A stretch of DNA of 61,213 bases, counting the filler. It is 4 parts of 4 records of this genome, joined end to end, with 100 filler letters (N's around TTAATTAATTAA, not from the genome) between each part and the next. Parts side by side here need not be neighbours in the genome. Positions count along the whole stretch, not along the records: positions 28,348 to 43,748 come from SRR20825006_2916; 3 more parts are not named here. One strand, written 5' to 3'. Under the pieces are notes generated by a model. It was given only the letters and a program-made list of their open reading frames with translations, ran no database searches and had not been told where the DNA came from. Positions within the stretch are counted from its first letter, which is position 1, and every line of letters begins with the position of its first letter. This document shows, piece by piece, positions 31,801 through 40,515 of this stretch. The translations under genes were made by a program, and so were the position numbers.

Positions 31801-32607
31801 GTCCGCGGTCAGATACAAATCGCTGTACTCTTCCATGTCCAAGTACACGAACTTGTCTTTGGCCTTGGAACCATCGTCCATGTGGTTGGCGTTGCGATAC
31901 AAACGCTCCAAGCGATCGGCGACCATGCGAATCGTGTGTTCTCGTGCCAGCGGAGACACTTGGCTGTAGAGCGTGGTGAGTTTGACCGAGATGCAACGCA
32001 CCTCGGGCATGCGAAGCAATTCGTAGAACGACTGCATCCGCTTTCGCGTTTCGTCGTCACCCAGCAACGCTTCGCCGAGCAGGTTCACATTCATCGCCAC
32101 GCCGTGACGCTGGCGAGATGCCAAGTGCGGAGTCAAAAGATCCGGTTCTGCTGGCAAAATCACATTGGCCGTTTCACGGCGCATCTTTTCTTTGACCAAC
32201 GGCACCGCCACGCCGGGCAGATACTCGCCAAAGGATTGGAACCCTTTCAGCATGGCCTGTTCGACCGGACTGAAGAATCGCGGAATGCCTTGCAGATCCA
32301 ACAAGTGGGTCATCTGGTCCGCCACACGGGCCGGCGTGTGCGTGCGAAACGCCTGGTCGGTCATCTCGACCAAAGTCGCTTTGTCGGCATCGTGGCCGAT
32401 CATTCGGTCCAGTTCCGATTGCTGGCGACGTTCCTGGGGTGTCTGCAATGCACGCGACTCTCGCAAAAGATCAGCCGCCATCTCAATCGCGGCAGCGGCA
32501 TCTTGCTCGGGGTCAAACCCCTTCCATGTTGACGACAAGGTTGAGTCGGGCTGATTCAAGACAAGATCCTTCACAAGAGATTCTGCGGAAACGAAGATCG
32601 AGGACAC
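28894..32607 (-). CDS. putA: Bifunctional proline dehydrogenase / P5C dehydrogenase (no evident N-terminal RHH)
   Basis: NLLGEA, LDMEE, RLVKGA, ASHN and YLIRRLDEN (PRODH); PWNFPLAI, ETGGKN, GQKCS, ELFGP and QPFGG (ALDH). Confidence 0.95.
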   Translation of the reverse strand: MSSIFVSAESLVKDLVLNQPDSTLSSTWKGFDPEQDAAAAIEMAADLLRESRALQTPQERRQQSELDRMIGHDADKATLVEMTDQAFRTHTPARVADQMTHLLDLQGIPRFFSPVEQAMLKGFQSFGEYLPGVAVPLVKEKMRRETANVILPAEPDLLTPHLASRQRHGVAMNVNLLGEALLGDDETRKRMQSFYELLRMPEVRCISVKLTTLYSQVSPLAREHTIRMVADRLERLYRNANHMDDGSKAKDKFVYLDMEEYSDLYLTADVLRETLERDDLDSIQAGIALQAYVPDSCLVMRDLIEWSTKRVAGGGAPLTIRLVKGANLEMERVHASVGGWPLAPYTNKHDTDANFKRMLRELISAAADGNIRVGVASHNLFDVALAMIWTQRSGASDSVQFEMLEGMANHQRRALTERDAAMLLYAPACKKSDFLHAITYLIRRLDENTGAENFLRHAYRLQPDSPDFELLAGRFKDALMDCETVSVQPRRNQNRYQTPVQPPAAEHWTQFVNEPDTDWSLPHNSKWAQETLDRWKPLCDEQATRVTPVLVGLPDVDSLDGDDRVSAEWFTTDDVSRPGVVTCRYKKATSPAVESAVRASSESTWAADLSVDERYSVLRSVAQLARERRGDWIGSMVAGAGKTVAEADPEVSEAIDFLEFYPLTMKAWDECDGIRCEPRGVVAVITPWNFPLAIACGGIAAAIAAGNPVVVKPSMQTLLPAWLMCQAFWDAGVPRDALQFVICDDEVAEEWLVKNPIVDTVILTGGTSTAKRMLDVRPDLHLLAETGGKNVTVVTAMADRDLAIKHVLHSAFGHSGQKCSATSLLLLENEVFDDPEFREILADAVRSLPVGSAWDLHTRVTPLVDPPTDKLRRGLQELEGGESWLVMSEHVDGNPTLYRPGVKWDVQPGSFTHTTELFGPVMGVMRFGRLEEAIEIVRSTGYGLTSGLESLDDREIKLWRESIPAGNLYINRPTTGAIVLRQPFGGVGLSAYGPGIKAGGPNYVLALSKVTHASDWTPPTDEVEASHDQLDRMRDWIERGRYSDEMLGDGQKFRIERAITSQEIANATDFALEHDTYRLTGQDNIRRYRSVDGMTIRIEKDDDIVDAIVAISAAVCVGTQFTLSLSPELDRSKSAMLETTADWLPGLIDPIEESVEQLIERIEGGGVSRMRTLTHAKESIRRACGRRFITVIDEPVVDHGRIECLRYLNEQSISHDYHRYGNLGRRSAKLSQPTDAE

Positions 32608-32713
32608 GAGGTTCGCCGATCAACCATTGACGGCTAAACTTTCGCAACTTGCAACCGCCTGTTTTCACAACGATTTCTTTATGGCATTCCGCCGCGACCC
32701 AAAGACGCCTGCA

Positions 32714-33106
32714 ATGACGACTGATTTGCCGCAACATGTGTTCCGTTTACGAGTTCGCTACGACGAATGTGATCCGATGGGACTGGTTCATCATTCAAAT
32801 TACTTGCGATATTTCGAAATCGGACGAACCGAATTCCTTCGATCGTCGGGGGGCCGGTACCGTGAAGTGGAAGAAGCGGGGCTGTATGTCGTGGTGGTCC
32901 ACATCGATTGTCGCTATCGTGCCTCCGCACGTTATGATGATGAAATTGATATCGTGACGAGAATCGCCAAAATCACCGCGGCCAAAATCATCCATGAATA
33001 TGAGATCTGCCGCGGAGACGAGGTGCTCGTGCAAGCGACCGTGACCTTGGCGGTGATAGATAAGAACGGTCGATTGCAACGTGTTCCTGAAGCATTGTTG
33101 ACGTAA
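32714..33106 (+). CDS. YbgC/FadM-family acyl-CoA thioesterase
   Basis: RVRYDECDPMGLVHHSNYLRYFEIGR hotdog motif; start uncertain (32681 or 32714). Confidence 0.88.
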   Translation: MTTDLPQHVFRLRVRYDECDPMGLVHHSNYLRYFEIGRTEFLRSSGGRYREVEEAGLYVVVVHIDCRYRASARYDDEIDIVTRIAKITAAKIIHEYEICRGDEVLVQATVTLAVIDKNGRLQRVPEALLT

Positions 33107-33141
33107 AGCTCTTTGACTCTTTCCTTCCTGGTGCCCTCCCA

Positions 33142-34191
33142 ATGCGTCCTGACCAACCTACCCGATCGCTCAGCAACCGCCGCCAATTCCTTCGTCGCCT
33201 TGGAATCACATCCGCCGTCGGCTACGCCGCTTATTTGGCTCATCAAGTGAGTCCTTCACCACTGATCGTCAATGGTTTGCCGGGGCAGGGCAGGGCACTT
33301 TGGGCCGAAGAACTCAGCGAATCTAAAACGGAAACCAGCACTGGTTATCTCAAGCAATCTCTGAAAGCCGGCATGATTCGGGCCGGGAAATCCGACGCAG
33401 CCAACCCTTGGATCGAACGGTTTCGAATTGCCAAGGATGCCGGCTTTGAAGGAGTCGAACCCAACACGTCACCCGGTATGGATGTCAAAGCGATGGTCGC
33501 CGCCTCGGCGGAAACCGGTTTGACGATTGACGGAACCGTCGGCGGATATCACTGGGGTACAACGCACACCAGCCCCGATGCAGCGACTCGCAAGAAAGCA
33601 CAGCAATTGCTCGAGGAGTCGCTGCAACAAACCGCCGACTTGGGCGCCAACACGTTCCTGATCGTTCCCGGCCACGGCAAAGACGGCACGGCCGAAGAAG
33701 TCCGCCAACGTGCTTTCGAAGCTCTTGATCGCGCCGTTCCCCTGGCCGAGAAGCTTGGCGTCAAAATCTTGATCGAGAACGTTTGGAATCACTTCCTCTA
33801 CGACCACGGTGGGGACGAAAAGCAATCGGCTCAACCACTCGCAGACTTCGTTGACTCGTTCAACACATCGTGGATTGGCGTCCAATTCGATCTTGGCAAC
33901 CACTGGAAGTACGGCGATGTGGCCGAGTGGGTGAAGACATTGGGGCATCGCATCGGAAAGCTTGACATCAAGGGATTCTCGCGCGAACAGGGACGCTTCA
34001 CCGACGTCACCGAAGGCGACATCGATTGGGCAAGCGTCCGAAAGGCACTTGCTGAGATTAAGTTCGAAGGCTGGGTCGCGGCGGAAGTCGGTGGCGGCGA
34101 TGCTGAACGACTGAAGAAGATTCACGGCCAAATTGAAACCGCTTTGCACTGCTCAAAATCGCTTTCACAAATCAAGGCGGAGACCGCGTGA
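33142..34191 (+). CDS. Sugar-phosphate isomerase/epimerase (xylose isomerase-like TIM barrel) with Tat signal
   Basis: NRRQFL twin-arginine motif; GFEGVE, IENVWN, FDLGN, DIK, GDIDW and AEV metal-site motifs. Confidence 0.85.
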   Translation: MRPDQPTRSLSNRRQFLRRLGITSAVGYAAYLAHQVSPSPLIVNGLPGQGRALWAEELSESKTETSTGYLKQSLKAGMIRAGKSDAANPWIERFRIAKDAGFEGVEPNTSPGMDVKAMVAASAETGLTIDGTVGGYHWGTTHTSPDAATRKKAQQLLEESLQQTADLGANTFLIVPGHGKDGTAEEVRQRAFEALDRAVPLAEKLGVKILIENVWNHFLYDHGGDEKQSAQPLADFVDSFNTSWIGVQFDLGNHWKYGDVAEWVKTLGHRIGKLDIKGFSREQGRFTDVTEGDIDWASVRKALAEIKFEGWVAAEVGGGDAERLKKIHGQIETALHCSKSLSQIKAETA

Positions 34192-35165
34192 CGGCGTCGC
34201 AACCACTGGACCAAGCCGACCAAGACTCTGAATCATCCTCCGCAGGTTCATCCGCCGCGGAGACAGAACACGTCAGCGTGATGCCAAATGAGATCGTGCA
34301 ATGGGTTCGAGAAATCAACCCGACCACGATCATCGATGGGACCTACGGTGGCGGTGGGCACACACGTTTATTGGCTGACGTTTTGGCCGGCGCGGGTTCC
34401 GACTCAGACACTCCACGTGTGATTGCGATTGATCGTGATCCCGCCGTTGTTCGTCGGGATGAACAAAAGTCTTGGATCAAAGATGATCCGCGAATCGAGC
34501 TGTTCCTGGGCAGCTACGAAAGCTCGCCCAAGGCACTCGATGCGTTGGACCTGACGCACGCGGATGCGTTGGTGCTGGACCTTGGTCTTTCCAGTGATCA
34601 ACTTGCCGACAGGAATCGCGGCTTCACATTCACGATTGATGACGCGGAATTGGATCTTCGTTTTGATCCAGAAAACGGAGTACCAGCGTACCGGTGGCTG
34701 CAACAACACAGCGAAAAAGAAATCGCCGACGCAATCTATCAATTTGGTGAAGAACGATTCAGTCGCCGCATCGCCAAACAAATTTTCTTGCGGGCTCGCG
34801 AGCGCAACCCTGTCACCAAAGTCGGTGAGTTGGTGGAGATCTGTCGCCGCTGTGTGCCTCGTTCACGCAACCATGACATTCATCCCGCGACGCGAACGTT
34901 CCAGGCGCTGAGGATCGCGGTCAATGATGAGCTCGGCGGATTGACCCGAACGCTTCAATCCGCTCCCGACTGGATCGCTCCCGGTGGTCGAGTCGCGGTG
35001 ATCAGCTTTCACTCCTTGGAAGACCGCATCGTCAAAAATGCTTTCCGTGAGGATCACCGATGGGAAATCCTGACGAAGAAACCGCTGCGTCCAACCGACG
35101 AAGAGGTCCAAGCGAATCCTCGCAGCCGCAGCGCGAAACTACGCGTCGCCAAACGAGTGGAGTGA
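34188..35165 (+). CDS. rsmH: 16S rRNA m4C1402 methyltransferase
   Basis: HVSVM, DGTYGGGGH, DLGLSS, HPATRTFQALRIAVN, SFHSLEDR and NPRSRSAKLR; GTGA overlap. Confidence 0.96.
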   Translation: MTASQPLDQADQDSESSSAGSSAAETEHVSVMPNEIVQWVREINPTTIIDGTYGGGGHTRLLADVLAGAGSDSDTPRVIAIDRDPAVVRRDEQKSWIKDDPRIELFLGSYESSPKALDALDLTHADALVLDLGLSSDQLADRNRGFTFTIDDAELDLRFDPENGVPAYRWLQQHSEKEIADAIYQFGEERFSRRIAKQIFLRARERNPVTKVGELVEICRRCVPRSRNHDIHPATRTFQALRIAVNDELGGLTRTLQSAPDWIAPGGRVAVISFHSLEDRIVKNAFREDHRWEILTKKPLRPTDEEVQANPRSRSAKLRVAKRVE

Positions 35166-35248
35166 ACACGGCAACCCGTAGCACGTTGGTCCCGAACGTG
35201 AATCCGCTCGTCTCGGTGAAGGACTATCGAGCAACAGTTCGAAATGCC

Positions 35249-36223
35249 TCATTCGCCTCGAGAAATTAGCCAACCTTCCGGCGGTGGTGGTAGGGCGAAT
35301 GCGTTGTGATAGTCTCGCTGGCGCATCTCGATCCAAAACAATGTCTCTTCGGCAAGTGACTTGTTCACCGGCGAGAACGCCGACCAGCGAACCGCCTCGG
35401 TCACTCGCTCTTTTGCCACGGTGAAGTCTTGTCGTGCTGCCGCGGCGATTGACGCGTTGATGAGTGCTGCCGCATTGCGTGGGTGCGATTCCAACACTTG
35501 CTGCCAACGATGCTCCGCCGCCGGCCAATTGCTTGATCGGGCCAATTCGTTTCCACGTCGAATCGCTCGACTGCCTGGAGACAATCTCGGCGAAGCCAAT
35601 GTCACTTGTTGCCGATCAACGCTGGCGGCGAGCAGTCGTTTGGTTTCCAGAACAACCGCTCGGCGTGTTCGTTCAGCGACATCGGGAATATTCAACAGAT
35701 GCGGATACCGTTGCGAGATCAGCGCCTCGTCGACTGAAACCGGCATCCCAGCCGATTCTGCATCGACCTGCAGTCCAGTCAATCGCCAAGACAGACTGAC
35801 TTTATCGTCGCGATCCTCGTGACCGGTAGCCTGCAGAATTTCACCATGCAGCAGATAACGCAACCCTTCGCGTCGAGCGGCCGCGCTGACTGCCATATCG
35901 TTGGGTTCCTCTTCGAAACCTGAAACGAGGCGAATGTTCGCTGGGCTTTCCAGTTGCTCCGCCGCGATCAATCGCCAACGCGAGGGCTGGTCCGCTAGCA
36001 GAGCATCCTCGATCGGTTCGGCCCACTCGTCAGGCCCTGAGATGCCCATGAAAGCGACTCCAGCGGGCTCGACGGCCAGCTGTGGCGGTTGCCAAACGTG
36101 GACTGGGGCGGTGGTCTTGCAGCCAGTCAGCAAAATCCAGCAGGCGCACACCCCTAACCAAGCACCTCGGGACACCCAAGGTGAGGGCCAGCGTCGCTCG
36201 ATGGGAATCGCCGAGCCTAGCAT
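35249..36223 (-). CDS. Hypothetical lipoprotein with C-terminal TPR-like helices
   Basis: Likely start ATG 36223 gives a signal peptide with lipobox LTGC; the longer listed ORF would overlap the opposite gene. Confidence 0.65.
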   Translation of the reverse strand: MLGSAIPIERRWPSPWVSRGAWLGVCACWILLTGCKTTAPVHVWQPPQLAVEPAGVAFMGISGPDEWAEPIEDALLADQPSRWRLIAAEQLESPANIRLVSGFEEEPNDMAVSAAARREGLRYLLHGEILQATGHEDRDDKVSLSWRLTGLQVDAESAGMPVSVDEALISQRYPHLLNIPDVAERTRRAVVLETKRLLAASVDRQQVTLASPRLSPGSRAIRRGNELARSSNWPAAEHRWQQVLESHPRNAAALINASIAAAARQDFTVAKERVTEAVRWSAFSPVNKSLAEETLFWIEMRQRDYHNAFALPPPPEGWLISRGE

Positions 36224-36383
36224 GCAGAAAATTTGCTTCCTTTCGAACACGAACCGGATCCCCGCGGAAAGGGACCCGAAGCGGACGGTAGCCAAACAGA
36301 GCGTCTCGCGGCAAGTTATCTTGTGTGAACTAGACTTAGAAACTGTCCGTGAAACTCGTTCTCGCCCCACGTTGATTTTTTGT

Positions 36384-38255
36384 ATGGCTTCGTTGTTCGT
36401 CATTCGAGGACGTGACCAAGGAAAACACTTCCAGCTCGCACCGACGGTCACGCGACTGGGACGTGAATCCAGCAACAATGTGCAGTTACTCGACAACGAG
36501 GCTTCGCGAAGCCACGCCGAAATTCGCGGTGACGGGACGGGGCGTCGTTACGAACTGGTCGACCTAGGCAGCAGTAACGGCACACTCGTCAACAATCGCA
36601 AGATCACACGGCACGTACTGACCAGCGGCGACCGAGTGGAGATCGGTTCGACGCTGCTGATTTTCACCGGCACCGGCAACGTGTCGGCTCTCGATGCGGC
36701 TCACGGCGTCGACATCGTTCGGCAAGTCCGCGGGGGCGATGCCAGCAACATTGTTTCTTCGTTGTCCCGCGAAGGCGTCGTCTCGCCATACACACCAGGC
36801 GGCTCTTCGTCCAACGCACCGCCGATCGACAAACCCGCGACTTCACCGACGACTCTGCCGCCACCAATCCCGCCACCTGTCGAAAATCCCCCGACGCCAT
36901 CTGAGGACGAAAGAGTCGATTCCTCGGCTTCGGGTTCTGATTCACTTGGTCAGTTCCACGGACCGCCTGTCATCGGTCGACTCGATGCAGACCGTTCACT
37001 GGAAGTCATGTACTTGACCGCCATCGCGGTGGGACGAACCGATGACTTGGATGAGGTGCTGGACCGTGTTCTCAAGCTAGTCTTTGACTGGGTCGAAGCC
37101 GATCGCGGATGCATCATGCTTCGCGACCCGGAATCCAAACGACTGACCCCGGCCGCTCGCTGCGATCGCGAATCAGCGACCGGTGGAACAAAACAAAACC
37201 CTTCATCCAAAACACAAGACCGTATCCAAATCAGCCATACGATTTTGGATTACGTGCTGCAACACAAACAGGGCGTTCGCACAAACGACGCACTCGATGA
37301 CGAACGATTCGATTCCGCCGCTTCGATTGTCCAAGGCGGCGTTCGCGAAGCCCTTTGCGTTCCCTTGCAGGGCCGATACGAAATCGTTGGCATGTTGTAT
37401 GTCGACACTTACACCACACCAGGAGAACTGGTCCGCAAGGGTGGCGCGACGCGATTCCATGACGAACACCTACGGCTGATCACCGCCGTCGGACACCAAG
37501 CCGCACTCGCGATCGAAGACACGTTTTATTACTCAGCACTCCTGCAAGGCGAACGACTGGCCGCGATGGGCCAAACGATCGCGACGCTTTCACATCACAT
37601 CAAGAACATCCTTCAAGGCGTTCGAGGCGGCAGCTATCTGATCGAATCAGGTCTGCAAAAAGACGACACCGATGCGATCCGCCGGGGATGGTCCATCGTT
37701 GATCGCAACCAAGAACGAATCAGCAATCTCGTGCTCGACATGCTGACGTTCTCAAAGGAACGCGAACCAGATCTGCAGGAAGGCAATCTGAATGAAGTTG
37801 TCAGCGACGTGGTCGAACTCATGCAGAGCAGGGCAGGGCAGAGCGAGATTGAACTGGTTTCCGACCTGGATGCCACATTGCCAATCGCCACCTTTGATAG
37901 CGAAGCGATTCACCGAGCCGTCCTGAACTTGGTCACCAATGCAATCGATGCCGCCACGAAAACAGTTTTGGTCAAAACGTTTTACGATGCGGCGCAAGGC
38001 TGGATCGTCGATGTGGAAGACGATGGCGAAGGTGTTCCCGAAGAAGACCGTGAGCAAATCTTCTCGCTCTTTGAGTCCAAGAAAGGTGCACGAGGCACGG
38101 GCCTGGGTTTGCCCGTCAGCGCAAAAGTGCTGCGTGAACACGGAGGCACGTTGACCGTCGACGATGCGGCAAGTGGAGGAGCCCGTTTCCGAATGATCTT
38201 GCCGGCCACCGGCACCGATATCAACGAACTCTCACGCAGCGAAACCCAAGCGTAG
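36384..38255 (+). CDS. FHA-GAF sensor histidine kinase
   Basis: FHA motifs LGR, SRSH and SSNGT; Pro-rich linker; GAF (ALCVPL...GMLYVD); H-box SHHIKN, N-box NLVTNAIDA, DDGEG and GTGLGL. Start at ATG 36384. Confidence 0.9.
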   Translation: MASLFVIRGRDQGKHFQLAPTVTRLGRESSNNVQLLDNEASRSHAEIRGDGTGRRYELVDLGSSNGTLVNNRKITRHVLTSGDRVEIGSTLLIFTGTGNVSALDAAHGVDIVRQVRGGDASNIVSSLSREGVVSPYTPGGSSSNAPPIDKPATSPTTLPPPIPPPVENPPTPSEDERVDSSASGSDSLGQFHGPPVIGRLDADRSLEVMYLTAIAVGRTDDLDEVLDRVLKLVFDWVEADRGCIMLRDPESKRLTPAARCDRESATGGTKQNPSSKTQDRIQISHTILDYVLQHKQGVRTNDALDDERFDSAASIVQGGVREALCVPLQGRYEIVGMLYVDTYTTPGELVRKGGATRFHDEHLRLITAVGHQAALAIEDTFYYSALLQGERLAAMGQTIATLSHHIKNILQGVRGGSYLIESGLQKDDTDAIRRGWSIVDRNQERISNLVLDMLTFSKEREPDLQEGNLNEVVSDVVELMQSRAGQSEIELVSDLDATLPIATFDSEAIHRAVLNLVTNAIDAATKTVLVKTFYDAAQGWIVDVEDDGEGVPEEDREQIFSLFESKKGARGTGLGLPVSAKVLREHGGTLTVDDAASGGARFRMILPATGTDINELSRSETQA

Positions 38256-38495
38256 GGGCAGTTAGAACGGCGTGAAGGACATTCGAAGACTGATGATCCC
38301 CCCAATTCGATTGTCCACACCCGGGCGAGCCTTTTCATCGGGGAATTGAGAGAACGACTTCCGCTCCTTGCTTCCAAAAGCAACACGCGGATGGTGCAAT
38401 TCATCAGTTCAGGCTTCGTTCAACACCTCGTTGGGTGCCATTGCAGGCTGCCGACACATGAGCCCACCATTCCGATTCCAGCACCAGTGTTCGAT

Positions 38496-38524
38496 TTGGC
38501 AATTGAATACGGGAAAGTTACACT
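38496..38524 (+). promoter_or_regulatory. Sigma70-type promoter for the small protein/protease pair
   Basis: TTGGCA-N17-TACACT (5/6 and 4/6 matches to TTGACA and TATAAT); GGAG RBS at 38553-38556. Confidence 0.6.
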
Positions 38525-38563
38525 GCTGTGGGCCGATTGGACTCAACACGCCGGAGCCGAACG

Positions 38564-38845
38564 ATGAAAACACGACGATTATCACGCGAAGAGATCGGTA
38601 GTCGTGGCTCTGAGATCTATGAAACGCAATTGAAAAAACTGCTTGAACAAGGCTCGCGAGACCAGTTCGTTGCGATTGATGTAGAAACCGGTGACTATGA
38701 AGTGGCGGATGAAGCTCATGCTGCTGGAACACGGTTGCGCCAGCGTCGTTCCGATCCACAGGTCTTCATCGCCAAGGTCGGCCATTCAGCTGCATTCCAC
38801 GCCCTGAGGCTTACTGGCGGTGACGGGATCGAGCGGAATGATTGA
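38564..38845 (+). CDS. Small uncharacterised protein (DUF5678-like), 93 aa
   Basis: RBS plus ATG; GSEIYE, FVAIDVETGDYEVAD and FIAKVG patterns recalled from small proteins encoded next to aspartic proteases. Confidence 0.75.
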   Translation: MKTRRLSREEIGSRGSEIYETQLKKLLEQGSRDQFVAIDVETGDYEVADEAHAAGTRLRQRRSDPQVFIAKVGHSAAFHALRLTGGDGIERND

Positions 38846-39209
38846 AGGCAGGATCGACAATAACGTTGAAGCCTTCGTTGACTTAGAGATTCAACTTGAC
38901 GACACGACCCACACGATCGCTTTCTTGGTTGATACTGGTTTCAATGGATTCCTCTCGATACCATTCCGCTTGGTTCACCAACTCGGCTTGCCATTGTCGG
39001 ATGTTCAGCAGGGCGTGACCGCCGACGGACGCTCAAGCTTCTTCGACACGGTTGAACTGACCGTGATCTGGCATGGAAATCCGCTGACCGTTCAAGCCCA
39101 AGTACTCGACGAACCCTTGCTCGGAACGAGGCTTCTGCGCGGTTCCAAAATAGAAGCCGCTTGGATTCAGGGTGGGATGTTTCAAATTGAATTGATTTTA
39201 GATGGCTGA
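38838..39209 (+). CDS. Clan AA (retropepsin-like) aspartic protease, AF_0612-like, 123 aa
   Basis: FLVDTGF catalytic motif, TADG flap and PLLG closing motif; 8-nt overlap with the upstream ORF. Confidence 0.85.
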   Translation: MIEGRIDNNVEAFVDLEIQLDDTTHTIAFLVDTGFNGFLSIPFRLVHQLGLPLSDVQQGVTADGRSSFFDTVELTVIWHGNPLTVQAQVLDEPLLGTRLLRGSKIEAAWIQGGMFQIELILDG

Positions 39210-39669
39210 TCTTTTGTGATCGTTGTTGCAGAGCTTCACAGAATGGAAGTCAAAAAACAGGAGTGGAACAACAATTCGGCATTCACCCTCAAACCTTTTT
39301 CGATTCCAGCGCTTGGTTTGATGCGACTCTTAAACCCGTTCGGACCAGCGAGCTGGATCGAATCGATCGCTCGACCTAGGACAACAATCAAGGCAAGGGT
39401 GAGCGGATAATGATCCATCCAAGGGAAATGCGAAAGCAATCAGTCAAGACGATGAATGAACTTGGATTGGTTTGCCTTTTAGGCTGAGCGATCAGGGCAA
39501 GATGCTTTTCCTGTACGAGCCTACGTGATTCGAAAGCGTCGTCATGCACTTAGTTGAATCTCGAGCAAAGAGGCATGGGGTAACGTAGTTCTTAATACCT
39601 AGGACTATTGTCATACGTTGATTCGCTGACGTTTCATGAGCGAGACATTCCGGTCAAGTTGAGATGCCG

Positions 39670-40515
39670 TCACTTAAACTCCAACGAGTCAAAGAACTCC
39701 GATGGCTTGTCCAATTCACTTTCGTTGGATCGTGGCTTGCGTTGGCCGCCAACCAGATCTTTGATTTCGGAGTACGGCGAGTACACCGCGACCACAAGAT
39801 TTCGATTGTGAACGTAGATTTCGCAGTCCGACCCTTCGATCGCTCCCACACCTGATTGCATGGTCCCCGCCATTCCCTCCACACCAGATCGGGTAACGGG
39901 ACGAGGATTCGACAGACGGATTCTCATGTCTCGCAACAATTCCGCGATGGGAATGTTCGGATCGATGACAGCCGGCAAATCAGCCACCACTAGTGAATAC
40001 TGAGATCCGGTTTCTTTCCTCCGGCCGGTGAGCTCATGAACGGTCGTGCCTGGAAACTGCTGCGACTTGTCTCTCCGGTCTTCACCCGCAGGCATGCTGA
40101 CGGTGTAGCCCTTGTACGTCACCGATGTCCAACCGCTATGACGCGACCCCAAATACCCAACGGCAAAGATCCCGCCGGCGCACAACAAGATGCACAACAG
40201 GCCAAGCCCCGCGATCGTGCTGATGATCTTCACAGCAGCCTTGGATCCACCACCTCGCTTTTTCGCGGGCTTGGGCGGTTGGTAAACGGTGACCGGTCCC
40301 GAGGGACGAAAGACTGAGCTCGGCGGTGCCGCTGCCGAAGAACCTAAACTGGGCAGGTTATCAAACAGATTTTCTTCGGGAACATGGACCGTCACAGGCG
40401 CCCGAACTGCAAGCATCAACTCACACTTTGGGCACTTCACTTTTCCTGCGCCCATCGTCGCGGGAATCTGCAAAGTGGTTTTGCATTGAGGACACACAAT
40501 CCGACGTCCGGCCAT
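39670..40515 (-). CDS. Zinc-ribbon bitopic membrane protein, hypothetical
   Basis: CPQC-x16-CPKC N-terminus, Pro/Ser-rich linker, one TM helix and a C-terminal extracytoplasmic domain. Confidence 0.75.
   Translation of the reverse strand: MAGRRIVCPQCKTTLQIPATMGAGKVKCPKCELMLAVRAPVTVHVPEENLFDNLPSLGSSAAAPPSSVFRPSGPVTVYQPPKPAKKRGGGSKAAVKIISTIAGLGLLCILLCAGGIFAVGYLGSRHSGWTSVTYKGYTVSMPAGEDRRDKSQQFPGTTVHELTGRRKETGSQYSLVVADLPAVIDPNIPIAELLRDMRIRLSNPRPVTRSGVEGMAGTMQSGVGAIEGSDCEIYVHNRNLVVAVYSPYSEIKDLVGGQRKPRSNESELDKPSEFFDSLEFK

Noticed and set aside
35901-36496. Apparent 600-nt head-to-head overlap of the kinase and lipoprotein ORFs
   Set aside because: An artefact of longest-ORF starts. Domain boundaries support ATG 36384 (+) and ATG 36223 (-), which do not overlap.
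38290-38296. CTGATGA hammerhead ribozyme core
   Set aside because: No correctly placed GAAA and stem II/III arrangement was found.
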